Below are positions 26,561 through 36,503 of a DNA stretch of 42,508 nt, one piece after another. Below the pieces are notes generated by a model, which ran no database searches, was not told the DNA's origin, and worked only from the letters and a program-made list of their open reading frames with translations. Numbering within the stretch: the first letter of the stretch is position 1; each line of letters opens with the position of its first letter. Origin of the DNA: Deltaproteobacteria bacterium. Its GTDB lineage: Bacteria > Desulfobacterota > Desulfomonilia > UBA1062. The DNA is taken from the NCBI GenBank assembly GCA_021372395.1, contig JAJFUP010000085.1, positions 1 to 42,508 on the forward strand, read 5' to 3'. The translations under genes were made by a program, and so were the position numbers.

Positions 26561-27067
26561 ATGCCGGGGTACCCTCCCGCTGCACCCCCTGCGCGGGTAG
26601 AGCGGTCTCCCTTCTCGTCGCTCATGGCATTCGGCAGTCCCCTCGGTGCCTTGATAGCTTCCTGTGTAGCTGAACGGGTCGACCGTAAGTGGGGCATCGC
26701 CGCCTTAACGGGTCTTACCGCAGTCTGCGGGCTGTTGTACGGCCTGAGCTTCAATCCAACGGCGATAGTCATCTTCGGTTTCCTGGTAATGGTGATCTCG
26801 TCGTGTTACCTGCCCCTGCTGTACTCTTACACTCCGGAGCTTTATCCTACAGAAGCCAGAGCCTCGGGGATGGGGCTCACCTATGGTATGGGCCGCCTGT
26901 CGAATATGGTGGGGCCCCTGATCGTGAGCTTCCTGTATGTAGGGTACGGGTACATCAGCGCATTCGGCTACATTGCCGGTTGCTTTGCGATAGTATCCGT
27001 GTCTGTCGCACTCTTTGGACCTCGGACGTACAAGCGTACACTGGAGCAGATCAGTGAAGGTGCTTAA
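26561..27067 (+). pseudogene. C-terminal remnant of an MFS transporter (aromatic-acid/metabolite:H+ symporter-like)
   Basis: Only about 4-5 TM segments remain, with ELYPTEARASGMGLTYGMGRLSNMVGP, a C-terminal-half MFS motif. There is no room for the N-terminal half, because the preceding gene ends at 26511. Confidence 0.6.
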
Positions 27068-27369
27068 ACCATGAGCTGATCTTCCCCCTGAGCTTGATCG
27101 ATGGGGTCAGGATCGATTTCACGTGCAGATTTTCGAGAAGCATGAAATTGAAATTGGTCTCTGCCCCCATTTTTTGGAAGGCTCAGATTGCCGGGGCCAT
27201 GGTGAAAGATCGATATTGAATGCGCAACAGCGCTGCAAAAGTAGCCGTGAGTAGTTCGTATTGCTGGCGGCAATCTCTCTTCCGGATGTATGAGGGCTGA
27301 GCCGATTTCTCAAACACGCTGGAAGCATGAGAAACGTGGAGAGAGCCTTCGACCCATTTCAGATGAGTG

Positions 27370-28233
27370 CTACCCCCTTTTGTCATCCATGAGCTTCTCG
27401 ATCTTCCCGCTGCTCACCCTGCGCTCATGGAGCGGCCTCGTGTCGCCCCTGTAGGCGTCCAGACACTCCTCGAAGGTGGGTATGCCGGAGACGATGGAGA
27501 GCACCCCGAGGGCGTAGCTGTCGGTGCGGGAGGCAACCCGGAAGGCGGCGTCCCTGTCGGCTGGGTCGTGGGAACCATCGAGATAGAAGCAGTGCTCCTT
27601 GTACCACTGGTAGGTGTTGACCCGGTTGAACGACACGCAGGGCTGGAAGATGTCCACGAGCGCGAAGCCCTTGTGGGTGATGGCCTGTTTCATGATCTCT
27701 CGGGTCTGCTCGATGTCGCCGGCAAAGGCCCTGGCAACGAACGAGGCACTGAGCCCTATGGCCATGGCGAGCGGGTTCATGGGCTCGACGCACACCCCGG
27801 AAACCTGGACGGGTGTGGTAAAGCCCCGCATGCTCGTGGGAGACGCCTGCCCCTTGGTGAGACCGTACACCATGTTGTTGTGCACGAGAACGGTGATGTC
27901 GGGGTTCCTCCTGACGGCGTGGAGGAGGTGGTTGCCCCCTTCGCCGTACATGCAGCCGTCGCCGCTTTCTGCAATGACCGTGAGCCCGGGGTTCGTCGCC
28001 TTGATGGCCGTGGCGACGGGCAGGGACCTGCCATGGAGCCCGTTGAAGAAGTTGGTCCTCACATACTGCGGGGTCTTGGCTGCCTGGCCTATGCCGGACA
28101 CGATGACGAGCGACTCAGGGTCCTTTCCCAGTTCTGCCAGCGCGGACTTGAGCGCGGCAAGGATGTGGTAGTTGCCGCACCCGGGGCACCATGCGATGTC
28201 GATGGGGTGATCGGGATCGAATCTCTCCGCCAT
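27370..28233 (-). CDS. korB: 2-oxoacid:ferredoxin oxidoreductase beta subunit (TPP-binding)
   Basis: The protein has [11 protein letters not shown] and the TPP motif [30 protein letters not shown]. The RBS is GGGAGGA. Confidence 0.88.
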   Translation of the reverse strand: MAERFDPDHPIDIAWCPGCGNYHILAALKSALAELGKDPESLVIVSGIGQAAKTPQYVRTNFFNGLHGRSLPVATAIKATNPGLTVIAESGDGCMYGEGGNHLLHAVRRNPDITVLVHNNMVYGLTKGQASPTSMRGFTTPVQVSGVCVEPMNPLAMAIGLSASFVARAFAGDIEQTREIMKQAITHKGFALVDIFQPCVSFNRVNTYQWYKEHCFYLDGSHDPADRDAAFRVASRTDSYALGVLSIVSGIPTFEECLDAYRGDTRPLHERRVSSGKIEKLMDDKRG

Positions 28234-28246
28234 GTGTATCCTCCCG

Positions 28247-29968
28247 CTAGAGCAGCGCCTCCAGTCTTTCCACGACCTCCTCGAGCAGGAACGGCCAACC
28301 GTCGAACTTGAGGATTGCCGCGTCGAACGCTATGCCCGTGTGCATCCTGACGAGCCGTGCGAACTGGGAGGTGGCGTTGTTCTCGATGACGATCTTCTTC
28401 TGTGCCCGGCCGATGAGCGAGGCGGCGTTGGGGTGGAGCGGGTATACCTGGGAGAAGTGCAGGAACGAGAGGTCATTGCGCCCGAGCACAGAAAGCGCCT
28501 CCCTGACCACTCCGGCGGTGGATCCCCATCCCACGACGAGATGCCGGTAGTCTTCTCCACCTGTGAGGGTGGGTTCTATGCACTCCTTCTCCAGCCCCCT
28601 GAGCTTTTGGAGCCGCTTTTCGACCATGGCAGTCCTTGTCCGGGAATCCTCCGTGATGAAGCCGGCCTCGTCGTGCTCATCGCTGTCCACGCACACGAGC
28701 CCCCGGCCGAACCCGGGTATGCCCCGGGGAGAGACGCCGCTTTCCGTAAACAGGTAGCGCCTGTACGCTGCGTCCGTCTCCACGATGAAGCTCTCGGACG
28801 AAGTGGCCGAAACATCCAGGCCTCCTACGGTGCAGGTGGACTCGAGGTAATGCTGATCCGTGAGGATGATGACCGGCACCTGGTACTTGTCTGCCATGTG
28901 GAAGGCATGGCGTGAGAGAGTGAAGCCCTCTTCGATGCTTCCCGGGGCCAGAACCAGCCGGGGAAACTCACCATGGCCCGAGTAGAGCACGTGCTCGAGG
29001 TCCGCCTGCTCGGTGCGGGTGGGCAGTCCCGTGGCAGGGCCCGGCCTCTGGGCGACATGGACCACCAGGGGAGACTCGATGCACCCGGCGAGGCTCAGGG
29101 CCTCCACCATGAGGGCGAAACCGCCCCCCGAGGTGGTCACCATGGCGCGGCCTCCGGCGTACCAGGATCCGAGTGCCATGTTGGCGGCGCTGATCTCGTC
29201 TTCCGCCTGCTCCACCACGAGCCCGAACTCGGAGGCATTCTTGGCTAAGAACACCAGGACCCCGGTGGACGGAGACATGGGGTAGGAGGAGACGAACGTG
29301 CACCCGCCCGCAAGGCAGCCCGTGCCGATGGCGTCAATGCCGTTCAAGAGGAGGTCGTTTTTCACTGCCTCCGATCTCTCGATGACGGGAAGGACCTGGC
29401 CGGGCTTGAGCAGGTGCATCCCGGAAGCGTATCCCTTCCTCGCCGCTTCGATGTTCTTGCGGGTTCGCTCCTCGCCGGCCCTGCTGAAGAACTGCCGCAC
29501 CAGGTTCTCCAGGAGGGTGAGCTCCACCCCGAGCAGGCCGGAAAACAGCCCCAGCAGGATGACGCTCATATAAATCTCGCCGCCGATCTCCCTGGCCAAC
29601 CCGGCGATGGGTACCGCGACGATCGGATAGCCTCCGTCGGTGTACCGGCGCTCGATGAACGCGGGGTCGCCCAGGATGATGGTCTCCGGGGTTATCCTGT
29701 CGTGGAACCGTTCCATGGCCCCGGTATGCAGGGGCACGAAGATGTCGATCCTCCTGGGGCAGGAGGAGATCATCCTGGCGGAGATCCGTATCTGGGTGGA
29801 GTTGTTTCCTCCCCTGATGCGCGACATGAACTCGCTGTAGGAATAGACGTGGTACCCGGAGAGCTTGAATACCCTGGTCATCAGCTGCTCCAGGGTCTGC
29901 AGACCCTGGCCTGCCTCTGCGGAGAGGACGATGGAGAGATCGTCTTTTGCGTAGGTCTTCATGGTCAC
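28247..29968 (-). CDS. korA: 2-oxoacid:ferredoxin oxidoreductase alpha subunit with fused N-terminal gamma domain
   Basis: The N-terminal [11 protein letters not shown]...[12 protein letters not shown] is a gamma-type domain. It is followed by [14 protein letters not shown], an alpha N-domain. The start is either the GTG at 29968 or the ATG at 29962. Confidence 0.85.
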   Translation of the reverse strand: MTMKTYAKDDLSIVLSAEAGQGLQTLEQLMTRVFKLSGYHVYSYSEFMSRIRGGNNSTQIRISARMISSCPRRIDIFVPLHTGAMERFHDRITPETIILGDPAFIERRYTDGGYPIVAVPIAGLAREIGGEIYMSVILLGLFSGLLGVELTLLENLVRQFFSRAGEERTRKNIEAARKGYASGMHLLKPGQVLPVIERSEAVKNDLLLNGIDAIGTGCLAGGCTFVSSYPMSPSTGVLVFLAKNASEFGLVVEQAEDEISAANMALGSWYAGGRAMVTTSGGGFALMVEALSLAGCIESPLVVHVAQRPGPATGLPTRTEQADLEHVLYSGHGEFPRLVLAPGSIEEGFTLSRHAFHMADKYQVPVIILTDQHYLESTCTVGGLDVSATSSESFIVETDAAYRRYLFTESGVSPRGIPGFGRGLVCVDSDEHDEAGFITEDSRTRTAMVEKRLQKLRGLEKECIEPTLTGGEDYRHLVVGWGSTAGVVREALSVLGRNDLSFLHFSQVYPLHPNAASLIGRAQKKIVIENNATSQFARLVRMHTGIAFDAAILKFDGWPFLLEEVVERLEALL

Positions 29969-30078
29969 AGTGTTAAGAAACTAATGCCCGGGACACGGCT
30001 GTCAAGATCAGGCCGGAAGATGATCACCCATGCGGGGTTGTGCCTGCGGAAAAGTACCCGTGCTTTCGGGATGATCTG

Positions 30079-30771
30079 TCATTCCTCGGCGTTCCCGAGG
30101 ACACGGTACACGACACCCCCCAGGATTCCTCCGAGGATGGGGGCCAGCCAGAAGAGCCAGAGCTGGGCCATGGCCCACCCGCCCAGGTACAGGGCCACCC
30201 CCGTGCTTCTGGCCGGGTTCACCGAGGTGTTGGTGACCGGGATGCTGATGAGGTGGATGAGCGTCAGGCACAGGCCGATGGCGATGGGGGCGAAACCCTG
30301 TGGCGCACGCTTGTCCGTGGAACCCATGACGACCATGAGGAACATGAAGGTCATGACCATCTCGCAGAGCAGCCCTGCACCAAGGGAGTACCGGCCCGGG
30401 GAATGGTCCCCGTAGCCGTTGCAGGCAAAACCGGCAGACACGTCGAAGCCCGCTGTCCCACTCGCGATGAGGTAGAGAACCCCTCCCGCCACGACCCCCC
30501 CGAGCACCTGGACGACGATGTAGGGTGCCACGTCTTTTGCGGGAAAGCGGCCACCTGCCCAGAGCCCGATGGAGATCGCCGGGTTCAGGTGGCAGCCGGA
30601 GATGTGGCCGATGGCAAAGGCCATGGTCAGGACGGTGAGACCGAAGGCCAGGGCAACGCCGAGCAGCCCGATTCCTACGTCCGGGAATTTTGCCGCCAGG
30701 ACCGCACTGCCGCAGCCTCCGAGCACCAGCCAGAACGTTCCGATAAATTCCGCCCCGAGTTTGTGCGACAT
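30079..30771 (-). CDS. aqpZ: Aquaporin Z
   Basis: The N-terminus is [21 protein letters not shown]. Two NPA boxes are present (HLNPAIS and SVNPARS). The start is trimmed to the ATG at 30771, with AAGGAGGGG upstream. Confidence 0.92.
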   Translation of the reverse strand: MSHKLGAEFIGTFWLVLGGCGSAVLAAKFPDVGIGLLGVALAFGLTVLTMAFAIGHISGCHLNPAISIGLWAGGRFPAKDVAPYIVVQVLGGVVAGGVLYLIASGTAGFDVSAGFACNGYGDHSPGRYSLGAGLLCEMVMTFMFLMVVMGSTDKRAPQGFAPIAIGLCLTLIHLISIPVTNTSVNPARSTGVALYLGGWAMAQLWLFWLAPILGGILGGVVYRVLGNAEE

Positions 30772-30921
30772 GTTTTCCCCTCCTTTTTGCAAGATAATGA
30801 AAGATCTTCCTGGGGCCGGACAGAGGTGTGTGGAGGTAAGGATACTGCTGTTGGGGGGAAATTCAACCTCGGGCAAGAAATTCTCCGAGCTCTTTCGGAT
30901 ACCCGGCCTCCCAGGGGTGCA

Positions 30922-31041
30922 TCACTTCCCTGGCTTGTTTCTCCCCTTGCCCCGACGGAGCTTGTCTTTCCGGATTTTGCTCTGTTCCTTGAGAAGCCGG
31001 GAGATGTCCTTCTGGCGCCTGGTGGATCTTTCTCTGGCCAT
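30922..31041 (-). CDS. Possible small highly basic protein (39 aa)
   Basis: The product is MARERSTRRQKDISRLLKEQSKIRKDKLRRGKGRNKPGK. Third codon positions are G/C-biased, like the neighbouring genes. It lies between the NDK-like gene and aqpZ on the same strand. I recognise no family. Confidence 0.3.
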   Translation of the reverse strand: MARERSTRRQKDISRLLKEQSKIRKDKLRRGKGRNKPGK

Positions 31042-31187
31042 GGTTGCCCCCTGTCCGGAAGGCCCGAAGGAACGGGCTCCGGGGCTTGACGAGCCGTGAC
31101 CCGCCATGCAGCAAAGACCGTAGTCTCCCTGCACGATCCCCGTGCGCGGCAAGGTGCGCGACGGCGAACCTGGCTCAGGCTTCGGTG

Positions 31188-31925
31188 TCAGCCTGCGAGG
31201 TCCTTGTTCACGAGATACTTTGCAACGATGGTATTGATCGTACAGGGGGCCTGAAGGCCCTGCTTGTGCAGGTGCAGTGAATCCAGGTCGGATTTCCAGA
31301 CCAGGTCGCCCGGGGCAAGGAAGTTGACGCTGCCGGGCTCGTAGGCGGTACGGATGCTGTCGCCCTTGAGGTAGTAATGTTCCTCGCACACCTCGGTGGC
31401 ATAGTCACGCATGAACGGCGGGATGTCGGTGGGCTTGAACCACAGCTTGATCTCCCGCTCTGAATCAGTGGCGTTCGCCGACGCGTGGATGAGGTTGTCC
31501 ACCCGATCGCCCAGCGGTTTACCGTTCTCGTCCTTGACCGGGACGACCGTGCCCAGGGCGCGGATGCATCCCGGCTTCTGCACCCGTGCGTCGTGCGGGT
31601 TCGTGGGGCCTGCAATGTCCCGTATCTTCTTGATGGCATTCGTACCCTGGTACACGAACGCGATGACCCTGCGCTTCCAGGGCTCGTCGGGGTAATGGAG
31701 CATCCCCATGATGTAGTCCAGCAGGGAAGGGTAAAAGAATTTTCCCCGGTGTTCTTCGTAGTGTTCCTCGGCAAGGACCTTGATGACGGAGACGATCTTC
31801 GTTCCTGCGAAGTGCAGCCCGGTATGGAACTCCGAGAGCTGGGAGAGGATGTATCCTGTCAGCGAGTTCTTGAGGGCATCCGGTTTGATGAGCACGAGCG
31901 TGTTTTCGCGGGTTTCCTTGTCCAT
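31188..31925 (-). CDS. Divergent, elongated nucleoside-diphosphate-kinase-like protein
   Basis: TLVLIKPDAL and EEHYEEHRGKFFYPSLLDYIM are NDK-like. The histidine region is NLIHASAN rather than N.IHGSD. The protein is 245 aa, with an unassigned C-terminal extension of about 90 aa. Confidence 0.7.
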   Translation of the reverse strand: MDKETRENTLVLIKPDALKNSLTGYILSQLSEFHTGLHFAGTKIVSVIKVLAEEHYEEHRGKFFYPSLLDYIMGMLHYPDEPWKRRVIAFVYQGTNAIKKIRDIAGPTNPHDARVQKPGCIRALGTVVPVKDENGKPLGDRVDNLIHASANATDSEREIKLWFKPTDIPPFMRDYATEVCEEHYYLKGDSIRTAYEPGSVNFLAPGDLVWKSDLDSLHLHKQGLQAPCTINTIVAKYLVNKDLAG

Positions 31926-32187
31926 GTGGGTCCTCCTTGCCTGGTTGGGTAGTCAGCCGAACGCTGTATGGTTCTTGGCGTTGATACAGGCTTCCTCGTG
32001 GCTGTGTCAAGAAAAACGTGGTCGGCGCACGTGCAGGAGAAAGGCCTTCGGAACAGGGTGATCCGCATGATTCTTTTTCCTCTTCATGCTCGGATGGGAT
32101 CAACGCAGGATGCAGGAGAATATCGCCTTAAAGATTCGCAAACTGAGATCCGAATATGAAAAATAGATGTAAACAAGGAGGTCTTTC

Positions 32188-32766
32188 ATGGAGCGCTTGA
32201 GAAATTTCCGTAAGTCGGAGCTGGGCTTTACCCTTGTCGAACTTGCACTGGTCCTGGTGATCATCGGGCTGTTGATTACCGGCGTGCTCAAGGGCGAGGC
32301 GCTCATCGAGAATGCGAAGGTCAAGAAGCTGGTCAACCAGAAGGAATCGCTCGTTGCCGCCTTTTACACCTTTTATGACAGGTTCGGCCAGTATCCGGGT
32401 GACGAGAATCTGGGAACAGCGTTGGCGCCTATCCCCACCGGAGATACCCATAACGGGAATGTCAACGGTCAGATTGCGGGAAACGAGACGTGGTGGGTCT
32501 TCCAGGACCTCGTCCTGGCACAGATCATAAATGGCAATTATACCGGTGCAGCGAACAGTTGCCCCAACAATCCCTTTGGGGGCACCATGATCATACAGCA
32601 GTACGGGGCACTGAACGCAAACTGTGTGGTAAACGATGCAATTCCGGCTGATGTGGCTCAGCAGCTCGACAGCAAGTATGACGACGGCGTCTGGAACACC
32701 GGGTCCATACGGGCCAACACCGCATACACGGCCCAGACCGCCAAGACTGTCTACTGGCGCATGTAG
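32188..32766 (+). CDS. Type IV pilin / pseudopilin with prepilin N-terminal methylation motif
   Basis: The leader is MERLRNFRKSELG, followed by FTLVELALVLVIIGLL (G-1, F+1, E+5). There is a C-terminal Cys pair. The RBS AAGGAGG is strong. Confidence 0.88.
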   Translation: MERLRNFRKSELGFTLVELALVLVIIGLLITGVLKGEALIENAKVKKLVNQKESLVAAFYTFYDRFGQYPGDENLGTALAPIPTGDTHNGNVNGQIAGNETWWVFQDLVLAQIINGNYTGAANSCPNNPFGGTMIIQQYGALNANCVVNDAIPADVAQQLDSKYDDGVWNTGSIRANTAYTAQTAKTVYWRM

Positions 32767-32953
32767 AGCCTGACCGTCGATGTACTACCCGGCGGAACCG
32801 AGCAGAACAGTCTACACGGACTGTGCCGCGAGGGTCATCCGCTCATCCCTCCCGGCTGCGCATGCCAGACCCGTGGGAATGTCTGCGGCAGGGGGCTTTT
32901 CAAGGTTGAGCGATTTCCCGGGATGAATCACAACGAAAGCAGCGAAGGACCCC

Positions 32954-34588
32954 ATGGAAAAGAGACGTATCGGCGATCTGCTCAAGGATGAAGGGATAAT
33001 CGGTGACCGGGAGATCGGCCTGGCCCTTTTGGAGCAGCGTTCCACCCGGGAACGGGTCGGTGATATCCTTTTGCGTCTCGGCCTTGTCACGCAGACCGAG
33101 CTTGCCCAGGCAATTGCGAAGCAGTGCCGGATAGAGTTCCTGGAGCTGCGCAATTTTTTTCCGCAGAAAGAAGCCCTTGCATCGCTGCCCGTTCAGTTCG
33201 CACGGGACAATTCGATGCTGCCTGTGGGGATCGAGGACGGCACCCTGATCGTCGCAACCAGTGAGCCGGACAACTCCAAGCTCATCGATCTTGCGTCGCG
33301 AATCTCCCAGAAGCGGGTCCGGTGCGTCGTCGCCTCGGCTTCGCAGATACAGAAACACATAGAAAAGGACTACTACCTCCTCGAACATCCCTTGGAAGAT
33401 GAGATCAACCAGCAGCTCGAGCATGCCAAGTACAACCCTCAGGATGTGGACACGGAAAAACTCGTGAGGCTTCTCCTCATGTCGGCCATCAACTCGCGGG
33501 CCACCGATATTCACTTCACCCCGACCAACAGAACCACCCAGATCCATTTCCGCGTCGACGGGATCCTCCACCCCTTCTATACGTTCCCCATCGACCTGCA
33601 CTCGCGGATCATCTCGAGCATAAAGATCAAGACCGAGATGGACATCTCCGAGCAGAGAAAACCCCAGGATGGAAGGCTCACCTTTGACTTTCTCAACGAA
33701 AGTTTCGACATCCGCATCTCCACATTACGGGTCACCCATGGGGAAAACATGGTCATGCGGATCCTGTCGACCTCGGAGGAGCTGTACAGCATCCGGAGCC
33801 TCGGCCTGGACCCCGATGACATCACCAGGATCGAGAGCCTCCTGCACAAGCCCTTCGGCATGTTCCTTGTGTCGGGCCCCACCGGCTCCGGCAAGACCAC
33901 GACTCTCTATGCCGCTCTGAGGGGGCTTGACTCCATCGAAAAGAATATCGTGACCGTGGAAGACCCCATCGAGTACCAGTTTCCCCTCATCCGCCAGACC
34001 CAGGTAAACGAGAAGGCGGGATACACCTTCTCAGGCGCGGTGCGGGCCTTTCTCAGGCAGGACCCGGACGTGATCCTCATCGGGGAGATACGTGATGCCG
34101 ACACGGCAAGCATGGGTCTTCGAGCAGCCCAGACAGGGCACCTCGTACTCTCGACGGTCCACGCCAACGATGCGGTGGGGGCTATCCCGAGGCTGAAGGA
34201 CCTCGGCATGAAGGACTACATGGTTTCTTCGTCGGTCGTCTGTGTCATTGCCCAGAGGCTCGTTCGCTCCCTGTGCCCCTACTGCAGGGAAGCCCATGAG
34301 TCAGGGGACGAGGAGCAGAAGGTGTTCGGGATCCAGCCGGGGACGCGCATATATACTGCTACCGGATGTCCGAGATGTCTGCGGACCGGCTACCTGGGAA
34401 GGCTCATGGTGGCTGAAGTACTCCCGGTCAGCAAGGAGATCGAGCGCTTGATCTCCAATGGGGCCCATCCCTTCGAGATCAAGGAGAAAGCCGTTGAGGA
34501 GGGCATGGTAACCCTCAGGGGAGACGGTGTCCGAAAGATCCTTTCCGGCAGGACCAGCTTCGCGGAAGTCTTGAGGGTGCTCATGTAA
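32954..34588 (+). CDS. Type IV filament assembly ATPase (GspE/PilB/MshE family) with N-terminal MshEN domain
   Basis: Walker A is GPTGSGKTTTLYA, Walker B is DPDVILIGEIRD, the His box is GHLVLSTVHAND, and the tetracysteine motif is CPYC...CPRC. Tandem RxGxxLLxxGxx...Q motifs occupy residues 5-57. Confidence 0.92.
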   Translation: MEKRRIGDLLKDEGIIGDREIGLALLEQRSTRERVGDILLRLGLVTQTELAQAIAKQCRIEFLELRNFFPQKEALASLPVQFARDNSMLPVGIEDGTLIVATSEPDNSKLIDLASRISQKRVRCVVASASQIQKHIEKDYYLLEHPLEDEINQQLEHAKYNPQDVDTEKLVRLLLMSAINSRATDIHFTPTNRTTQIHFRVDGILHPFYTFPIDLHSRIISSIKIKTEMDISEQRKPQDGRLTFDFLNESFDIRISTLRVTHGENMVMRILSTSEELYSIRSLGLDPDDITRIESLLHKPFGMFLVSGPTGSGKTTTLYAALRGLDSIEKNIVTVEDPIEYQFPLIRQTQVNEKAGYTFSGAVRAFLRQDPDVILIGEIRDADTASMGLRAAQTGHLVLSTVHANDAVGAIPRLKDLGMKDYMVSSSVVCVIAQRLVRSLCPYCREAHESGDEEQKVFGIQPGTRIYTATGCPRCLRTGYLGRLMVAEVLPVSKEIERLISNGAHPFEIKEKAVEEGMVTLRGDGVRKILSGRTSFAEVLRVLM

Positions 34589-35799
34589 TGATGCTTTCCT
34601 ACTGCGCATTGAGAAAAGACGGCTCGATGGTCAATGCAAAGGGGCAGTTCGACGGTGTCCGCGACCTGATGGATGCCCTCCTGTCTCAGGAGATGACCCT
34701 CGTCAGCTATCGCCCGTCGAAGTTGCTGTTCCTGAACCGACTGAAGCCTTTTATCCAGCCAAAGATAAAGAGGATGGAGATCGTCGAGTTCTGCGATTCG
34801 CTTGCTTCCATGACCGGCAGCGGCTTGCCGCTGTTGGACTCCATGGAGAGCATCAAGGAAACCATCAGGGTGAGCCGCCTGCGTGAGGCCATCGAGGAGG
34901 TCATCCGGGAGATCGGCCGGGGGGAATCCCTGTCAGGGGCCTTTTCCCACCAGCCGGGTGTATTTCCCGAGATGCTCGTGTTCTTCTGCAGTGTGGGGGA
35001 AGAGACCGGCACCATTCAGGATGCCCTGAGCAATACCTCGGATTACCTGAGAAAGGTAGACAGCATTGTATCCCAGGTGAAGAGGGCACTGATCTATCCC
35101 TCCTTCGTGATCGCCGCCATGAGTTCGGTCATCATATTCTGGCTCTTTTTCGTGCTTCCCCGCCTGGTGGAGACGTTCAAAGAGATCAATGTCCAGCTTC
35201 CCGATATCACCATCAGCCTGGTCCATTTTGTCGAGTTTTCCACGCGGAACTGGTTTCTGTTCCCGATTTCCATCGGGGGCCTCGCTGCGGTGATGTTCGC
35301 AATGGGGAGATTCAGACGGACACGGTTGCTGCTGAACCGTATCGCCTTCAGTATTCCCGTGGTCGGGGATCTTCTGAAATGCTCCACGCTCACCCTGATG
35401 TTCTCGAACATGTCCCTGATGCTTCACTCCGGCGTAACGCTCACGAGATCTCTCGATGTGCTGGGGGAGATCTTTCACAACGAACTGATCCGCAATGTTA
35501 TCGTCACGATCAGGGAAGAGACGAGCATGGGGAACTCGCTCCTCGAGGCCTTCAGAAAGACGTGTTTTTTTGATGCCATCACGTTGAAGATGATCAGCGT
35601 GGGTGAGAAAACCGGGGCTCTCGATCAGAGGCTCCGCTACCTTGCCGATGCCTACCAGGAGAAGACAACGCGGTTCGTGGACGTGATGGGGAAGATGATA
35701 GAGCCGGTGGCCATGGCCATGTCGGGAGGCGTTTTCATCTTTGTGATCATATCGCTGATAGGGCCGGTTTACGACCTCGTATCGAAACTGGGGGGCTAA
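34588..35799 (+). CDS. Type IV filament platform protein (GspF/PilC/MshG family)
   Basis: The 403-aa protein has two T2SSF-type repeats and three TM regions. The ATG overlaps the stop of the ATPase gene (TAATG). Confidence 0.88.
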   Translation: MMLSYCALRKDGSMVNAKGQFDGVRDLMDALLSQEMTLVSYRPSKLLFLNRLKPFIQPKIKRMEIVEFCDSLASMTGSGLPLLDSMESIKETIRVSRLREAIEEVIREIGRGESLSGAFSHQPGVFPEMLVFFCSVGEETGTIQDALSNTSDYLRKVDSIVSQVKRALIYPSFVIAAMSSVIIFWLFFVLPRLVETFKEINVQLPDITISLVHFVEFSTRNWFLFPISIGGLAAVMFAMGRFRRTRLLLNRIAFSIPVVGDLLKCSTLTLMFSNMSLMLHSGVTLTRSLDVLGEIFHNELIRNVIVTIREETSMGNSLLEAFRKTCFFDAITLKMISVGEKTGALDQRLRYLADAYQEKTTRFVDVMGKMIEPVAMAMSGGVFIFVIISLIGPVYDLVSKLGG

Positions 35800-35809
35800 G
35801 ACAGGGATC

Positions 35810-36460
35810 ATGAGTATCCATCCGGGAGACAGTGGCTCCGGCAGCAGGTCCTCTTCAGACAGGGGCTTCACCCTCATCGAGGTGGCGTTCGTGCTGGTCA
35901 TCATCGGCCTGCTCGTAGGGCTTGGGGCCGATCTTCTCCCCATGCTCGTCAAGCAGAACAAGTTCAAGGAAAACAATGCTCTCCTCCGAGAGGCCAAAAC
36001 GGCCATCGTCGGATATGCCCTGGCAACTGGCAAGCTTCCCTTCGCGAGCGGCAACACCAATGGAACAGAGACCGCAGGCAGGCTCTCCGGGTATCTGCCC
36101 TATGCAGTACTGGGGATCAATGGAAGGGACGCATACACCAAGAACCTGTACTATGCCGTAGACCCCTACCTCACCGGTACGACAACAGTAGATCAGTTCA
36201 AGACGCGGCTCGTCGAACTGATCAATGGTTCCCACCCCGGCGATCTCTTCTGCGACAGCGGTAATTTCAAGGCGGCCTTCGTGGTCCTGTCTTCCGGTGA
36301 AAACCTGAGGGCAGATCCCCCGAATGACGATAATGGGAACGGCATCGTCGACATATTCGACAACAATCAGTTCGCCCTTCCTCTTGCCCCACCCACGGGG
36401 ACCTGTGATGATATTCTCGAAGCAGTCAGTACTTCCTACCTCTCCGGAAGGTTCGAATAG
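35810..36460 (+). CDS. Second prepilin-type protein (minor pilin / pseudopilin)
   Basis: A 19-aa Ser/Gly-rich leader ends in RG and is followed by FTLIEVAFVLVIIGLLVGL. Confidence 0.8.
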   Translation: MSIHPGDSGSGSRSSSDRGFTLIEVAFVLVIIGLLVGLGADLLPMLVKQNKFKENNALLREAKTAIVGYALATGKLPFASGNTNGTETAGRLSGYLPYAVLGINGRDAYTKNLYYAVDPYLTGTTTVDQFKTRLVELINGSHPGDLFCDSGNFKAAFVVLSSGENLRADPPNDDNGNGIVDIFDNNQFALPLAPPTGTCDDILEAVSTSYLSGRFE

Positions 36461-36503
36461 TAAGATTTAAAGAATTATCTACAAAAATCCGAGAACATGG
36501 AAG

